Shown here piece by piece: positions 16,259 to 24,585 of a DNA stretch of 44,179 nucleotides. The first letter of the stretch is position 1, and each line of letters starts with the position of its first letter. The notes beneath the pieces are model-generated. The model was given only the letters and a program-made list of their open reading frames with translations, did not search any database and was not told the origin of the DNA. Origin of the DNA: Deltaproteobacteria bacterium (GTDB taxonomy: Bacteria > SAR324 > NAC60-12). The DNA is taken from positions 1 through 44,179 of the forward strand of contig JAYOTF010000028.1 in the NCBI GenBank assembly GCA_038150265.1, read 5' to 3'. A program made the translations under genes and the position numbers.

Positions 16259-17415
16259 TAGCGTCGCTCTCCAACTCCAAGGGGGGTGTCTGGCACCTGC
16301 GCCGGCCGCCGTCCGTAGACTTCAGGCAGGGAGCAGGTCTTGAGGTGCGGTAAAACACGTTTACCAAAGGATTGGCATTCGTCAAGGTGCGGATAGCCAG
16401 AAAAGATGAAGGCCCGGATGCCCATCTTCTGGTACGCCTCCAGTTCGCTCATGACCTGATCGACAGAACCCACCAGGGCTGCGCCGCATCCGGAACGGGC
16501 GCGTCCCACTCCGGTCCAGAGGTGGGGCTCCAGGTAGCCCTCTTCGTTGGCGGCTTCCCGGTTCTTGGACTGGTGGGCCACGCCCAGCGATCCGGCATCC
16601 AGGGAGCGCTCCCGGATGGTCTGACCGTAGTCGTCATCGAGCCTGGAGACCAACTCGCGGGCATACTCGCGGGCCTCGGCTTCTGTGTCTCGGACAATCA
16701 TGTGCACCCGCAGGCCGTAGTCGATGACGCGGCCATAGGCCTTCGCTTGCTCATGGACCGCCTTCATGCGATCAGCCAGCAACTCACGGGTCTCGGGCCA
16801 CATCAGGTACACGTCGCAGTGCTGGCCACAGAGGTGAACCGCGTCGGGGGAGTACCCGCCGAAGTAAAGCAGCGGCCCCCCGTTTTGCTGGTACGGCCGG
16901 ACGGGGTCGGTGGTCAGGCCTTCAAACTGGTACACCTCCCCCTGATAGTTGATCTCGTCCTGCGTCCACGCCTGTCGCAGGATCTCCACCACCTCCCGGG
17001 ATCGCTGATAGCGGAAGGCGCTGGGCTCCTTCTGTCCCGGAAAGTCGGAGGAAATGATGTTGACCGTCAACCGACCCTCCAGCAGGTGATCCAGCGTGGC
17101 AAGGGTCCGGGCCAGCATGATGGGGTGCAGCTCTCCGCAGCGAACCGCTGCCAGCATGTTGATGCGACTGGTCAGCGGGCCATTGGCGGCCACAAACGAG
17201 AGCGTGTCCTGCCCCACGTGGTAGGACGAGGGACAGAGGATGTTGCGAAAGCCCAGTTCCTCAGCGGTCCGGACGATGCGGGAGGTGTTTTGCCAGCTGG
17301 AACGCAGGGTCCCGTCCGGAACCCCCAGGTAGCGGTAATCATCAGAGCACAGCGGGGCAAACCACGAGACTTCAGCGGCGTCTAAATCGGCGGAACGGAT
17401 GGGAACAACGGTCAT
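16258..17415 (-). CDS. smoC: LLM-class flavin-dependent monooxygenase; probable sulfoquinovose monooxygenase
   Basis: MTVVP..SADLDAAEVSWF..LCSDD, PSSY.VGQD, ATLDH.LEGRL, LYFGGYSP, YLMWPE, LWTG.GRARSGCGAALVGS, SGYPHL. This matches the SmoC/SquD subfamily as recalled. Confidence 0.88.
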   Translation of the reverse strand: MTVVPIRSADLDAAEVSWFAPLCSDDYRYLGVPDGTLRSSWQNTSRIVRTAEELGFRNILCPSSYHVGQDTLSFVAANGPLTSRINMLAAVRCGELHPIMLARTLATLDHLLEGRLTVNIISSDFPGQKEPSAFRYQRSREVVEILRQAWTQDEINYQGEVYQFEGLTTDPVRPYQQNGGPLLYFGGYSPDAVHLCGQHCDVYLMWPETRELLADRMKAVHEQAKAYGRVIDYGLRVHMIVRDTEAEAREYARELVSRLDDDYGQTIRERSLDAGSLGVAHQSKNREAANEEGYLEPHLWTGVGRARSGCGAALVGSVDQVMSELEAYQKMGIRAFIFSGYPHLDECQSFGKRVLPHLKTCSLPEVYGRRPAQVPDTPLGVGERR

Positions 17416-17494
17416 GCTTACCTCAAGATTAGCTTGATTTAATCTTAGAAAGATGCATCAATTTAACAATCGTGTATCAATTTGCTAGCAAAAA
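17416..17494. promoter_or_regulatory. AT-rich divergent promoter region with candidate GntR operator sites
   Basis: Direct repeats TGCATCAATTT (17454-17464) and TGTATCAATTT (17473-17483). Inverted repeat AAGATTA-N8-TAATCTT (17425-17446). Lies between smoC and the divergent GntR gene. Confidence 0.6.
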
Positions 17495-18220
17495 ATGAAA
17501 GCCCCTGCAAAAAAGCTCCTCGGCGCTCCGGGCGCCCTGCCCCTGCACCTTCAGGTGTCCGAGATGCTGACCCGTGAGATTCAGGCCGGCATCCTGCTGG
17601 ACGGCGAGCGCTTGCCTCCGGAACGGGAGATGGCCAAGCACCTGGGGGTCTCGATTGGAACCCTGCGCAAGGCGCTGGCGGATCTGGTGGAGAAGGAGAT
17701 GCTGGAGCGCGTGCAGGGGTCCGGGAACTACATCCGGCACCGTCCGGATCCCAAGTCGATTTATGCCTTCTTTCACCTGGAGTTGACGACCGGCGGCGGG
17801 CTGCCGACGGCCCGGATCCACAGTGTGGAGCGTGTGCCCAAGCCGGCGGATCTTCCCGACATCGGATCCGCTGCAGAGGCCTTCCGGATCCTGCGGTTCC
17901 GGGACCTCAATCAGCAGGAAGTGGCACTGGAGGAGATCTGGCTCGACGGGCGCTTTGCCGACCATCTGAGCCCGGTGGACCTTTCGGACTCGCTTTATCA
18001 GTTCTACAAGGAAGCCCTGGGCGTGTGGATCACCCGGGCGGAAGACCAGGTGGGGGTTCAGGCTCTACCCGCCTGGACGCCTCCGGAGTTTGCCAGCGCC
18101 GATGAGGGCGTTTGGGGCTTCATTGAACGTTTATCGTGGGACCAGCATGGGGAGACGGCCGAGTTTTCCCGGACCTGGTTCAATGCCGACAGGGCACGGT
18201 TTGTTGCCCGCTGGAGATAA
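17495..18220 (+). CDS. smoD: GntR family (HutC/UTRA) transcriptional regulator
   Basis: wHTH GERLPPEREMA..LGVS.GTLRKAL..L......RVQGSGNY plus a UTRA-like C-terminus. Divergent from smoC. The symbol rests on context. Confidence 0.88.
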   Translation: MKAPAKKLLGAPGALPLHLQVSEMLTREIQAGILLDGERLPPEREMAKHLGVSIGTLRKALADLVEKEMLERVQGSGNYIRHRPDPKSIYAFFHLELTTGGGLPTARIHSVERVPKPADLPDIGSAAEAFRILRFRDLNQQEVALEEIWLDGRFADHLSPVDLSDSLYQFYKEALGVWITRAEDQVGVQALPAWTPPEFASADEGVWGFIERLSWDQHGETAEFSRTWFNADRARFVARWR

Positions 18221-18223
18221 TCC

Positions 18224-19351
18224 ATGACCTCGAAAACACGTTACGGCTTGATCGGCTGCGGCATGATGGGCCAAGAGCACCTCAGAAACATCAACCTCCT
18301 TCCGGACACCCAGGTCACCGCGATCTTTGAGCCGGACCCCGGCATGCGGGCCGAGGCGGCCCAGTTGGCTCCGGAGGCCCGGTTCTTTCCCTCTGCCGAG
18401 GAGCTGCTGGCCTTTCCGGATCTGGACTGCCTCGTCATCGTCAGTCCGAACTTCCGGCACGTGGAGCAGCTGGTGCAGATTGCCGAGCAGCGCCCGCTGC
18501 CGATTCTGGTGGAGAAGCCGCTGCTGACGGATCCCGAGGACTTCCCGCGCGTCCGGAAGCTGCAGGCCACCTTCCCGCATCCGATCTGGGTCGCAATGGA
18601 GTACCGCTACATGCCTCCTGTCGCGTACCTCCTCCAGGAAGCTGCAGGCGTCACCGGTGGCATCCGGATGCTGACGATCCAGGAGCACCGCTTCCCGTTT
18701 CTGGAGAAGGTTGGGGACTGGAACCGCTTCAACCGCTACTCCGGAGGCACGCTGGTGGAAAAGTGCTGCCACTTCTTTGACCTGATGCGGTTTGCCCTGC
18801 AGGATGAGCCGGTCCGGGTGATGGCGTCGGGCGGGCAGGCGAACAACCACCTTGAGGAGCAGTATGCGGGTGAGACTCCGGACATCTGGGACCACGCCTA
18901 CGTGATTGTCGAGTTTGCAAAAGGAGGCCGGGCGTTGCTGGAGCTGTGCATGTTTGCCGAGGGGGCAAGGTATCAGGAGGAGATTTCGGCAGTGGGACCA
19001 CAGGGCAAGCTGGAGTGTCTGGTGCCCGGGCCCCAGCGGTTTTGGCCCGAATCGTTGGGCGAGCCGCCGGTGCCGCAGGTCGTGGTGAGCCCCCGCTCGC
19101 CGAAGGGCCCCCGGCAGTTTGAGGTGCCCGTCGATCCGAAAATTCTGGAGGCCGGAGACCACAACGGGTCGACGTTCTACCAGCATGAGAAGTTCCTCGC
19201 GGTGGTCCGGGGGCAGGGGACGGTTGAGGTCTCGGTTGAAGATGGCCTGCTTGCGGTGGCGATGGGGATGGCCGCTCAGGAATCTGCTGCCACTGGCAAG
19301 ACGGTGGAGCTGCAGGAGTTCCTGAACCGCTACGGCGCCTTGACTTCCTGA
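18224..19351 (+). CDS. sqgA: Gfo/Idh/MocA-fold protein; probable NAD+-dependent sulfoquinovosidase (GH188)
   Basis: GLIGCGMMGQEH, LVEKP, WVAMEYRYMP, EHRFPFL.KV.DWNRF...SGGTLVEKCCHFFDLM, GDHNGSTFYQH. These are the motifs I associate with SqgA-type enzymes. It sits in an smo cluster with no GH31 gene. Confidence 0.78.
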   Translation: MTSKTRYGLIGCGMMGQEHLRNINLLPDTQVTAIFEPDPGMRAEAAQLAPEARFFPSAEELLAFPDLDCLVIVSPNFRHVEQLVQIAEQRPLPILVEKPLLTDPEDFPRVRKLQATFPHPIWVAMEYRYMPPVAYLLQEAAGVTGGIRMLTIQEHRFPFLEKVGDWNRFNRYSGGTLVEKCCHFFDLMRFALQDEPVRVMASGGQANNHLEEQYAGETPDIWDHAYVIVEFAKGGRALLELCMFAEGARYQEEISAVGPQGKLECLVPGPQRFWPESLGEPPVPQVVVSPRSPKGPRQFEVPVDPKILEAGDHNGSTFYQHEKFLAVVRGQGTVEVSVEDGLLAVAMGMAAQESAATGKTVELQEFLNRYGALTS

Positions 19352-19369
19352 AGGCTGCGGAGGGTCTGG

Positions 19370-20602
19370 ATGATGACTGGAGGAAAGCAAGGAGGGGTTC
19401 AGCGCTGGCAGGTCCTCCTGGTGGCGTTGGGGCTGTGGGGAGGAAGCGTGCAGGCCTTTGATGGGGCGATGCAGGTGGAGCCGTCTTACCTGAACCCGGA
19501 AAATTTCCTCGACATCCAGTCCTACCAGTTCCGTCCGGAGCAGGAGCGGGCGTGGCGTCGGGCGGCAAAGGGGTGGCGGAGTACAGGGGGAAGCCTGGGG
19601 CTGGACCTGCTCTTCTCGCAGCTGCAGGTGAAGCTTAGGCATCCGCTGGCCCGAGGCTTTGAGGCGGCCCTGGTGATCGACCATGAGGAGTTCTACGAGG
19701 TCAAGCCCCTGCGGTACCTGGTGGAGGTGCAGTGGAAGGCGACAGAAGCCATCGGGATCGGGTTCATCGGGATGCCGCAGTACGACAAACGCAATGCCGA
19801 CGAGGGGGGCGCCCTGACGCTGGGCTCACCAACGGGGTCGTTTCTCCGGCTCAGCCACCTCCGGCAGAACCTCTTCTACAACGAAAAGAACTTTTACGAC
19901 GACACCCGTCAGAACCCGCATCCCATTGAGAACACCCTTCAGGGAGCGTGGCTGCAGGGGCCGTGGGAGGTGGCCCTGAAAGCCCGCTGGGACCTGCCGA
20001 TGCGTCTGGAGGACCCAACCCGGGAGTTCGTCTTTCAGCATGAGGGGCAGGAGCAGCAGGCGCTGGTGGAGTTCCAGGACGCCGCGTCTCGGTTTTGGGG
20101 CTGGGAAGGGCGGCAGGTGGCGTTTGACAAGTCCCGCGCGGCCCCGGCTTCTGAGCCGGAGGAGGACCGCCGCTCGGAAAAAATCCGCTGGCAGTCTCAC
20201 ACCCTGCAGGTCGATGGTCGGGGCTCCGGACCGTGGGCCTATGGGCTGGGGCTCCGCTGGGATGCCTTCCGGAATACCTTCACGCAGGTGGGAGATCCGG
20301 CCAGCAGCGAAGACTTCCAACTGACGTCGTGGCAGGCCTTCGGGATCCTCCGGGAGGTGGCGCCCGAGACGGCCTGGGAGTATGGGCTGTACTGGGGCTC
20401 CGTCAACAAGGAGGTGACCTTTGCCGACCCGGCTGTGCCTCCGGAGGAGGAGCCCTCTCTGCAGGGAAAACTGCGGGTCAGCTGGGAGCTGCTTGCCTCT
20501 GATGAGCAGGGCAGCTGGATGATCACCACCACCTGGAACCTCGATGGCCTGCCCCGGGATTTTTGGGATGGCGGAAACATGACGTACCAGCAGACCTTCT
20601 GA
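19370..20602 (+). CDS. Hypothetical exported protein, probable outer-membrane beta-barrel
   Basis: Signal peptide ending VQA. Many alternating aromatic/hydrophobic strands (WEVALKARW, WAYGLGLRW, WEYGLYWG, KLRVSWEL). C-terminal beta-signal-like MTYQQTF. Confidence 0.7.
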   Translation: MMTGGKQGGVQRWQVLLVALGLWGGSVQAFDGAMQVEPSYLNPENFLDIQSYQFRPEQERAWRRAAKGWRSTGGSLGLDLLFSQLQVKLRHPLARGFEAALVIDHEEFYEVKPLRYLVEVQWKATEAIGIGFIGMPQYDKRNADEGGALTLGSPTGSFLRLSHLRQNLFYNEKNFYDDTRQNPHPIENTLQGAWLQGPWEVALKARWDLPMRLEDPTREFVFQHEGQEQQALVEFQDAASRFWGWEGRQVAFDKSRAAPASEPEEDRRSEKIRWQSHTLQVDGRGSGPWAYGLGLRWDAFRNTFTQVGDPASSEDFQLTSWQAFGILREVAPETAWEYGLYWGSVNKEVTFADPAVPPEEEPSLQGKLRVSWELLASDEQGSWMITTTWNLDGLPRDFWDGGNMTYQQTF

Positions 20603-20712
20603 AGGTATGCCCACCTGGAGCGTGTCCCTTCCTCGGATAATTAAATTGACATGTCCCAGATTTCGCATTGGGATAGAACGTTCCTTTTCACTAACCCTAG
20701 GAGAGAGACTGT

Positions 20713-22302
20713 ATGAAAAGTCTATTCAAAACCCTGCTTGCTGCAACGGTAGCTGCCACGACCCTGGCGGCTCCAGCTTATGCGGCCAAGACTCTGGTGT
20801 TCTGCTCGGAGGGAAGTCCGGAAGGCTTCACTCCTTCGCTGTACACCTCCGGAACCACCTTTGACGCCTCCTCTCGTCAGATCTTCAACCGGCTGGTGGA
20901 GTTTGACCGGGGCACCACCAAAATTGTCCCGGCGTTGGCAGAATCCTGGAACGTCTCCGACGACGGCCTGGAGTACACCTTCAACCTGCGCAAGGGCGTC
21001 AAGTTCCAAACGACCAAGGAGTTCACCCCGAGCCGGGACTTCAATGCCGACGATGTGCTCTTCAGCTTCAACCGGCAGCGTCTGGCAGACCACCCCTACC
21101 ACAGCGTCTCCGGTGGGTCGTATGAGTACTTCAACGGCATGTCGATGCCGGACCTGATCAAGGACATCGTCAAGGTCGACGACTACACCGTCAAGTTCGT
21201 CCTGAACCGTCCGGAAGCTCCGATGATTGCCAACCTGGCCATGGACTTTGCCTCCATTCACTCCGCCGAGTACGCGGATCAGATGTCTGGGAACAAGGAC
21301 ATGTTTGACCAGAAGCCTGTGGGCACCGGACCCTTCCAGCTGGTGGCTTACCAGAAGGACGCGGTGATCCGCTACAAGGCCCACCCCGATTACTGGGCTG
21401 GCAAGGCACCGATTGACAACCTCGTCTTTGCGATTACCCCGGATGCATCCGTGCGTTACCAGAAGCTGAAGGCGGGCGAGTGCCACGTGATGACCTACCC
21501 GAACCCAGCCGACCTGGATGCCATGAGCAAGGATTCCGCTGTGAACCTGATGCAACAGGAAGGTCTGAACGTGGGGTACCTGGCGTACAACACGAAGATG
21601 GCCCCGTTCAACAATCCGGTCGTCCGGAAGGCGCTGAACATGGCGATCAACAAGGACGCGATCATTGATGCCGTCTTCCAGGGCGCCGGAAAAGTGGCCA
21701 AGAATCCGATTCCGCCGACCATCTGGTCCTACAATGAGCGGACGGTTGATGACGCGTACAACCCCGAAGCCGCTCGCCAGATGCTGGCGGATGCCGGAAT
21801 CTCTGGGCTGAAGACCAAGGTGTGGGCGATGCCGGTGCAGCGTCCGTACAACCCGAATGCCCGCCGCATGGCAGAGCTGATTCAAGCGGACTGGAAAGCC
21901 GTGGGCGTTGAGGCCGAGGTGGTCAGCTACGAGTGGGGCGAGTACCTCAACCGCTCCAAGGCGGAAGACCGTGACGGTGCCGTGCTGCTGGGCTGGACGG
22001 GAGACAACGGTGACCCCGACAACTTCCTCGCCGTGCTGCTCGGCTGCGATGGCGTGGGAGGCTCCAACCGGGCGCAGTGGTGCTACCAGCCCTTCGAGGA
22101 CCTGATCCAGAAGGCCAAGGTGGTGAGCGACCGCGACCTGCGCACGCAGTACTATGAGGCGGCTCAGGTGATCATGAAGGACCAGGCCCCGTGGGCGACC
22201 ATTGCCCACAGCGTCGTCTTCAAGCCGATCCGCAAGGAAGTGGTGGATTTCCGCATCGACCCCTTCGGTGGACACGTCTTCTACGGCGTTGATCTGAAAT
22301 AA
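20713..22302 (+). CDS. dppA: Dipeptide ABC transporter substrate-binding protein
   Basis: KTLVFCSEGSPEGF, FNADDV.FSF, PVGTGPF, WAMPVQRPYNPNA, GWTGDNGDPDNF. Confidence 0.95.
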   Translation: MKSLFKTLLAATVAATTLAAPAYAAKTLVFCSEGSPEGFTPSLYTSGTTFDASSRQIFNRLVEFDRGTTKIVPALAESWNVSDDGLEYTFNLRKGVKFQTTKEFTPSRDFNADDVLFSFNRQRLADHPYHSVSGGSYEYFNGMSMPDLIKDIVKVDDYTVKFVLNRPEAPMIANLAMDFASIHSAEYADQMSGNKDMFDQKPVGTGPFQLVAYQKDAVIRYKAHPDYWAGKAPIDNLVFAITPDASVRYQKLKAGECHVMTYPNPADLDAMSKDSAVNLMQQEGLNVGYLAYNTKMAPFNNPVVRKALNMAINKDAIIDAVFQGAGKVAKNPIPPTIWSYNERTVDDAYNPEAARQMLADAGISGLKTKVWAMPVQRPYNPNARRMAELIQADWKAVGVEAEVVSYEWGEYLNRSKAEDRDGAVLLGWTGDNGDPDNFLAVLLGCDGVGGSNRAQWCYQPFEDLIQKAKVVSDRDLRTQYYEAAQVIMKDQAPWATIAHSVVFKPIRKEVVDFRIDPFGGHVFYGVDLK

Positions 22303-22309
22303 TTGCAAT

Positions 22310-22347
22310 GGGCTCCGGGCTTCCGGAGCCCTGGGCCTTCGGGCCCA
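22310..22347 (+). other. Two tandem hairpins after dppA (likely mRNA stabiliser/partial terminator)
   Basis: GGGCTCCGG-gctt-CCGGAGCCC (22310-22331), then TGGGCC-ttcg-GGCCCA (22332-22347). Confidence 0.6.
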
Positions 22348-22365
22348 AACCCTCCTGCGCGCCTC

Positions 22366-23376
22366 ATGTTTCGTTTTATCCTTTCCAAGCTGTCCCTACT
22401 GGTCCCGACCTTCTTCGGGGTCTCCCTGGTGGCCTTTACCTTCATCCGCCTCCTGCCGGGCGATCCGGTGGAACTGCTCGCTGGAGAACGGGGCATGAGC
22501 GCCGAACGCCATGCCGCGCTCATGCAGCAGTATGGCTTCGACCTCCCCATCTGGCAGCAGTACCTGCAGTTCATGGGCAAGGTCCTTCAGGGAGACCTCG
22601 GGACCTCGATTGTGACCAAGCAGCCGGTGCTGGACGAGTTCCTGACGCTGTTTCCGGCAACCGTTGAGCTGTCGCTGGTGGCCATCCTCCTGGCGACCCT
22701 GATTGGCCTTCCGGCCGGTGTCATTGCCGCTGTGCGGCGAGGGTCGGTGTTTGACCACAGCATCATGGGCGTCTCCCTGACGGGCTACTCGATGCCGATC
22801 TTCTGGTGGGGCCTGCTGCTGATCATCTTCTTTTCAGGGATCCTGGGCTGGACTCCGGTTTCGGGGCGTCTTTCGCTGATGTACTTCTTTGAGCCGGTGA
22901 CGGGCTTCATGATCATTGACGCGATCCTCTCGGGAGAAGACGGGGCCCTGGCTTCCGCCCTCCATCACCTCATTTTGCCCGCTTTTGTCCTGGGAACGAT
23001 TCCCCTGGCCGTGATTGCCCGCCAAACCCGCTCGGCCATGCTGGAGGTGCTGCAGGAAGATTACGTCCGGACGGCCCGGGCGAAGGGCCTCCCGACCTGG
23101 CGAGTGGTGGGGCTCCATGCCCTCCGCAATGCCCTGATCACGGTGGTGACCGTGATTGGGCTGCAGGTTGGGGTCTTGCTGGCCGGAGCGATTTTGACCG
23201 AAACCATCTTTGCGTGGCCCGGAGTGGGCAAGTGGATTGTGGACTCGATCTCCCGCCGGGACTACTCCTCGGTGCAGGGCGGCCTGCTGCTGATTGCGCT
23301 GGTGGTGATGGTGGTGAACCTGGTGGTGGACCTGCTGTATGGGTTGGTGAACCCTCGCATCCGACACCAGTCATGA
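22366..23376 (+). CDS. dppB: Dipeptide ABC transporter permease
   Basis: Start MFRFILSK. LPGDPV, FPATVEL, SMPIFWWG, DYVRTARAKGL, LTETIFAWPG, NPRIR. Confidence 0.95.
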   Translation: MFRFILSKLSLLVPTFFGVSLVAFTFIRLLPGDPVELLAGERGMSAERHAALMQQYGFDLPIWQQYLQFMGKVLQGDLGTSIVTKQPVLDEFLTLFPATVELSLVAILLATLIGLPAGVIAAVRRGSVFDHSIMGVSLTGYSMPIFWWGLLLIIFFSGILGWTPVSGRLSLMYFFEPVTGFMIIDAILSGEDGALASALHHLILPAFVLGTIPLAVIARQTRSAMLEVLQEDYVRTARAKGLPTWRVVGLHALRNALITVVTVIGLQVGVLLAGAILTETIFAWPGVGKWIVDSISRRDYSSVQGGLLLIALVVMVVNLVVDLLYGLVNPRIRHQS

Positions 23377-24251
23377 CGCACGACTCGACCCCCCACCCCT
23401 TTCGCGAATTCTGGCACTACTTCCGGGAAAACCGTGGGGCCGTGGCCGGACTGTTCTTCATCATCTTCCTGGTGTTGGTGGCCGTGCTGGCGGATGTCAT
23501 TGCGCCACATGCGCCTGACATTCAGGACCGCTCCAGCTTCCTGCAACCGCCCGTGTGGCAGGAAGGCGGCACCTGGACCTACCCGCTGGGCACCGATGCC
23601 GTGGGGCGGGACATGCTCTCGCGGATCATCCACGGCACCCGCTACTCGTTGCTGATTGGCGCGGTGGTGGTTCCGGTGGCCCTGACGCTGGGAGTGGTGC
23701 TGGGGGTGCTGGCCGGGTACTTCCGGGGCTGGGTGGATGTGGCGATTTCTCGCGCGATGGATGTGATCCTCGCCTTCCCGAGCCTGCTGCTGGCCCTGAC
23801 GCTGGTGGCGCTGCTGGGTCCGGGGCTGATGAATGCGATGCTGGCGATTGCGCTGGTGCTGCTGCCCCACTTTGTCCGCCTGACCCGTGCCTCGGTGATG
23901 TCGGAAGCAAGCCGAGACTACGTAACGGCGAGCCGGGTTGCCGGCGCCAATCAGAGTCGCCTGATGTTTGTGACGATTCTGCCCAACTGCCTGGCGCCCC
24001 TGATCGTGCAGGCGACCCTCAGCTTTTCAAACGCGATTCTGGATGCGGCGGCGTTGGGATTTCTGGGGTTGGGCGCGCAGCCTCCGACCCCGGAGTGGGG
24101 GACGCTGCTGGCAGAGGCCCGGGAGTTCATCCTCAGTGCCTGGTGGGTGGTCACGTTTCCAGGGCTGGCCATTTTGCTGACGGTGTTGGCCATCAACCTG
24201 TTTGGCGATGGCCTGCGAGATGCCCTGGATCCGAAGCTGAAGCGGTCCTGA
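23373..24251 (+). CDS. dppC: Dipeptide ABC transporter permease
   Basis: Start MTHDSTP (ATGA overlap with dppB). LGTDAVGRD, AALGFLGLGAQPPTPEWG, GDGLRDALDPK. Confidence 0.95.
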   Translation: MTHDSTPHPFREFWHYFRENRGAVAGLFFIIFLVLVAVLADVIAPHAPDIQDRSSFLQPPVWQEGGTWTYPLGTDAVGRDMLSRIIHGTRYSLLIGAVVVPVALTLGVVLGVLAGYFRGWVDVAISRAMDVILAFPSLLLALTLVALLGPGLMNAMLAIALVLLPHFVRLTRASVMSEASRDYVTASRVAGANQSRLMFVTILPNCLAPLIVQATLSFSNAILDAAALGFLGLGAQPPTPEWGTLLAEAREFILSAWWVVTFPGLAILLTVLAINLFGDGLRDALDPKLKRS

Positions 24252-24258
24252 GCCCGCC

Positions 24259-24552
24259 TTACTGCTTGATCTCCTCAATGATGGTCCGGTTCACCGGAAT
24301 CTGAACGTAGCCGTTTTCCACACTCCAGAAGAAGTAATACCCGGTCGCTGAGCCGTCCGGGTTCTTCTGGGTCGTGACCTTGCCGTCCCGGACGGTCCAG
24401 CTCTTGACGATGGTGCCACTGTCGGCAACATACGACACCTTCATGTCCTTGCCGAGGTAGTTGTCCACCTCCTTGAAGACCTCGTTACGGCGCTCCTCCG
24501 TACAACCAGCCAGCAAGAGTCCCATCAAGAGGAAGGGGATCAGGTATTTCAT
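24259..24552 (-). CDS. Hypothetical lipoprotein
   Basis: MKYLIPFLLMGLLLAGC lipobox; AGGAG RBS upstream; co-oriented with lysA. Confidence 0.8.
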   Translation of the reverse strand: MKYLIPFLLMGLLLAGCTEERRNEVFKEVDNYLGKDMKVSYVADSGTIVKSWTVRDGKVTTQKNPDGSATGYYFFWSVENGYVQIPVNRTIIEEIKQ

Positions 24553-24585
24553 GGGGGTTCTCCTTTCGTGTTCAAACAGATGGGG

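Noticed and set aside
16258..17415. Generic SsuD alkanesulfonate monooxygenase (sulfur-starvation) call
   Set aside because: There is no ssuABC/ssuE context. The linked AKR, sugar ABC importer and SqgA-like gene, plus the SmoC-like N-terminus, point to sulfosugar catabolism.
20722..22308. 528-aa ORF antisense to dppA (and similar long antisense ORFs at 18131-19684, 27852-29156, 38786-40096, 42139-43485)
   Set aside because: Mirror frames of strongly codon-biased real genes. They are rich in H/R/V/G with no recognisable domains.
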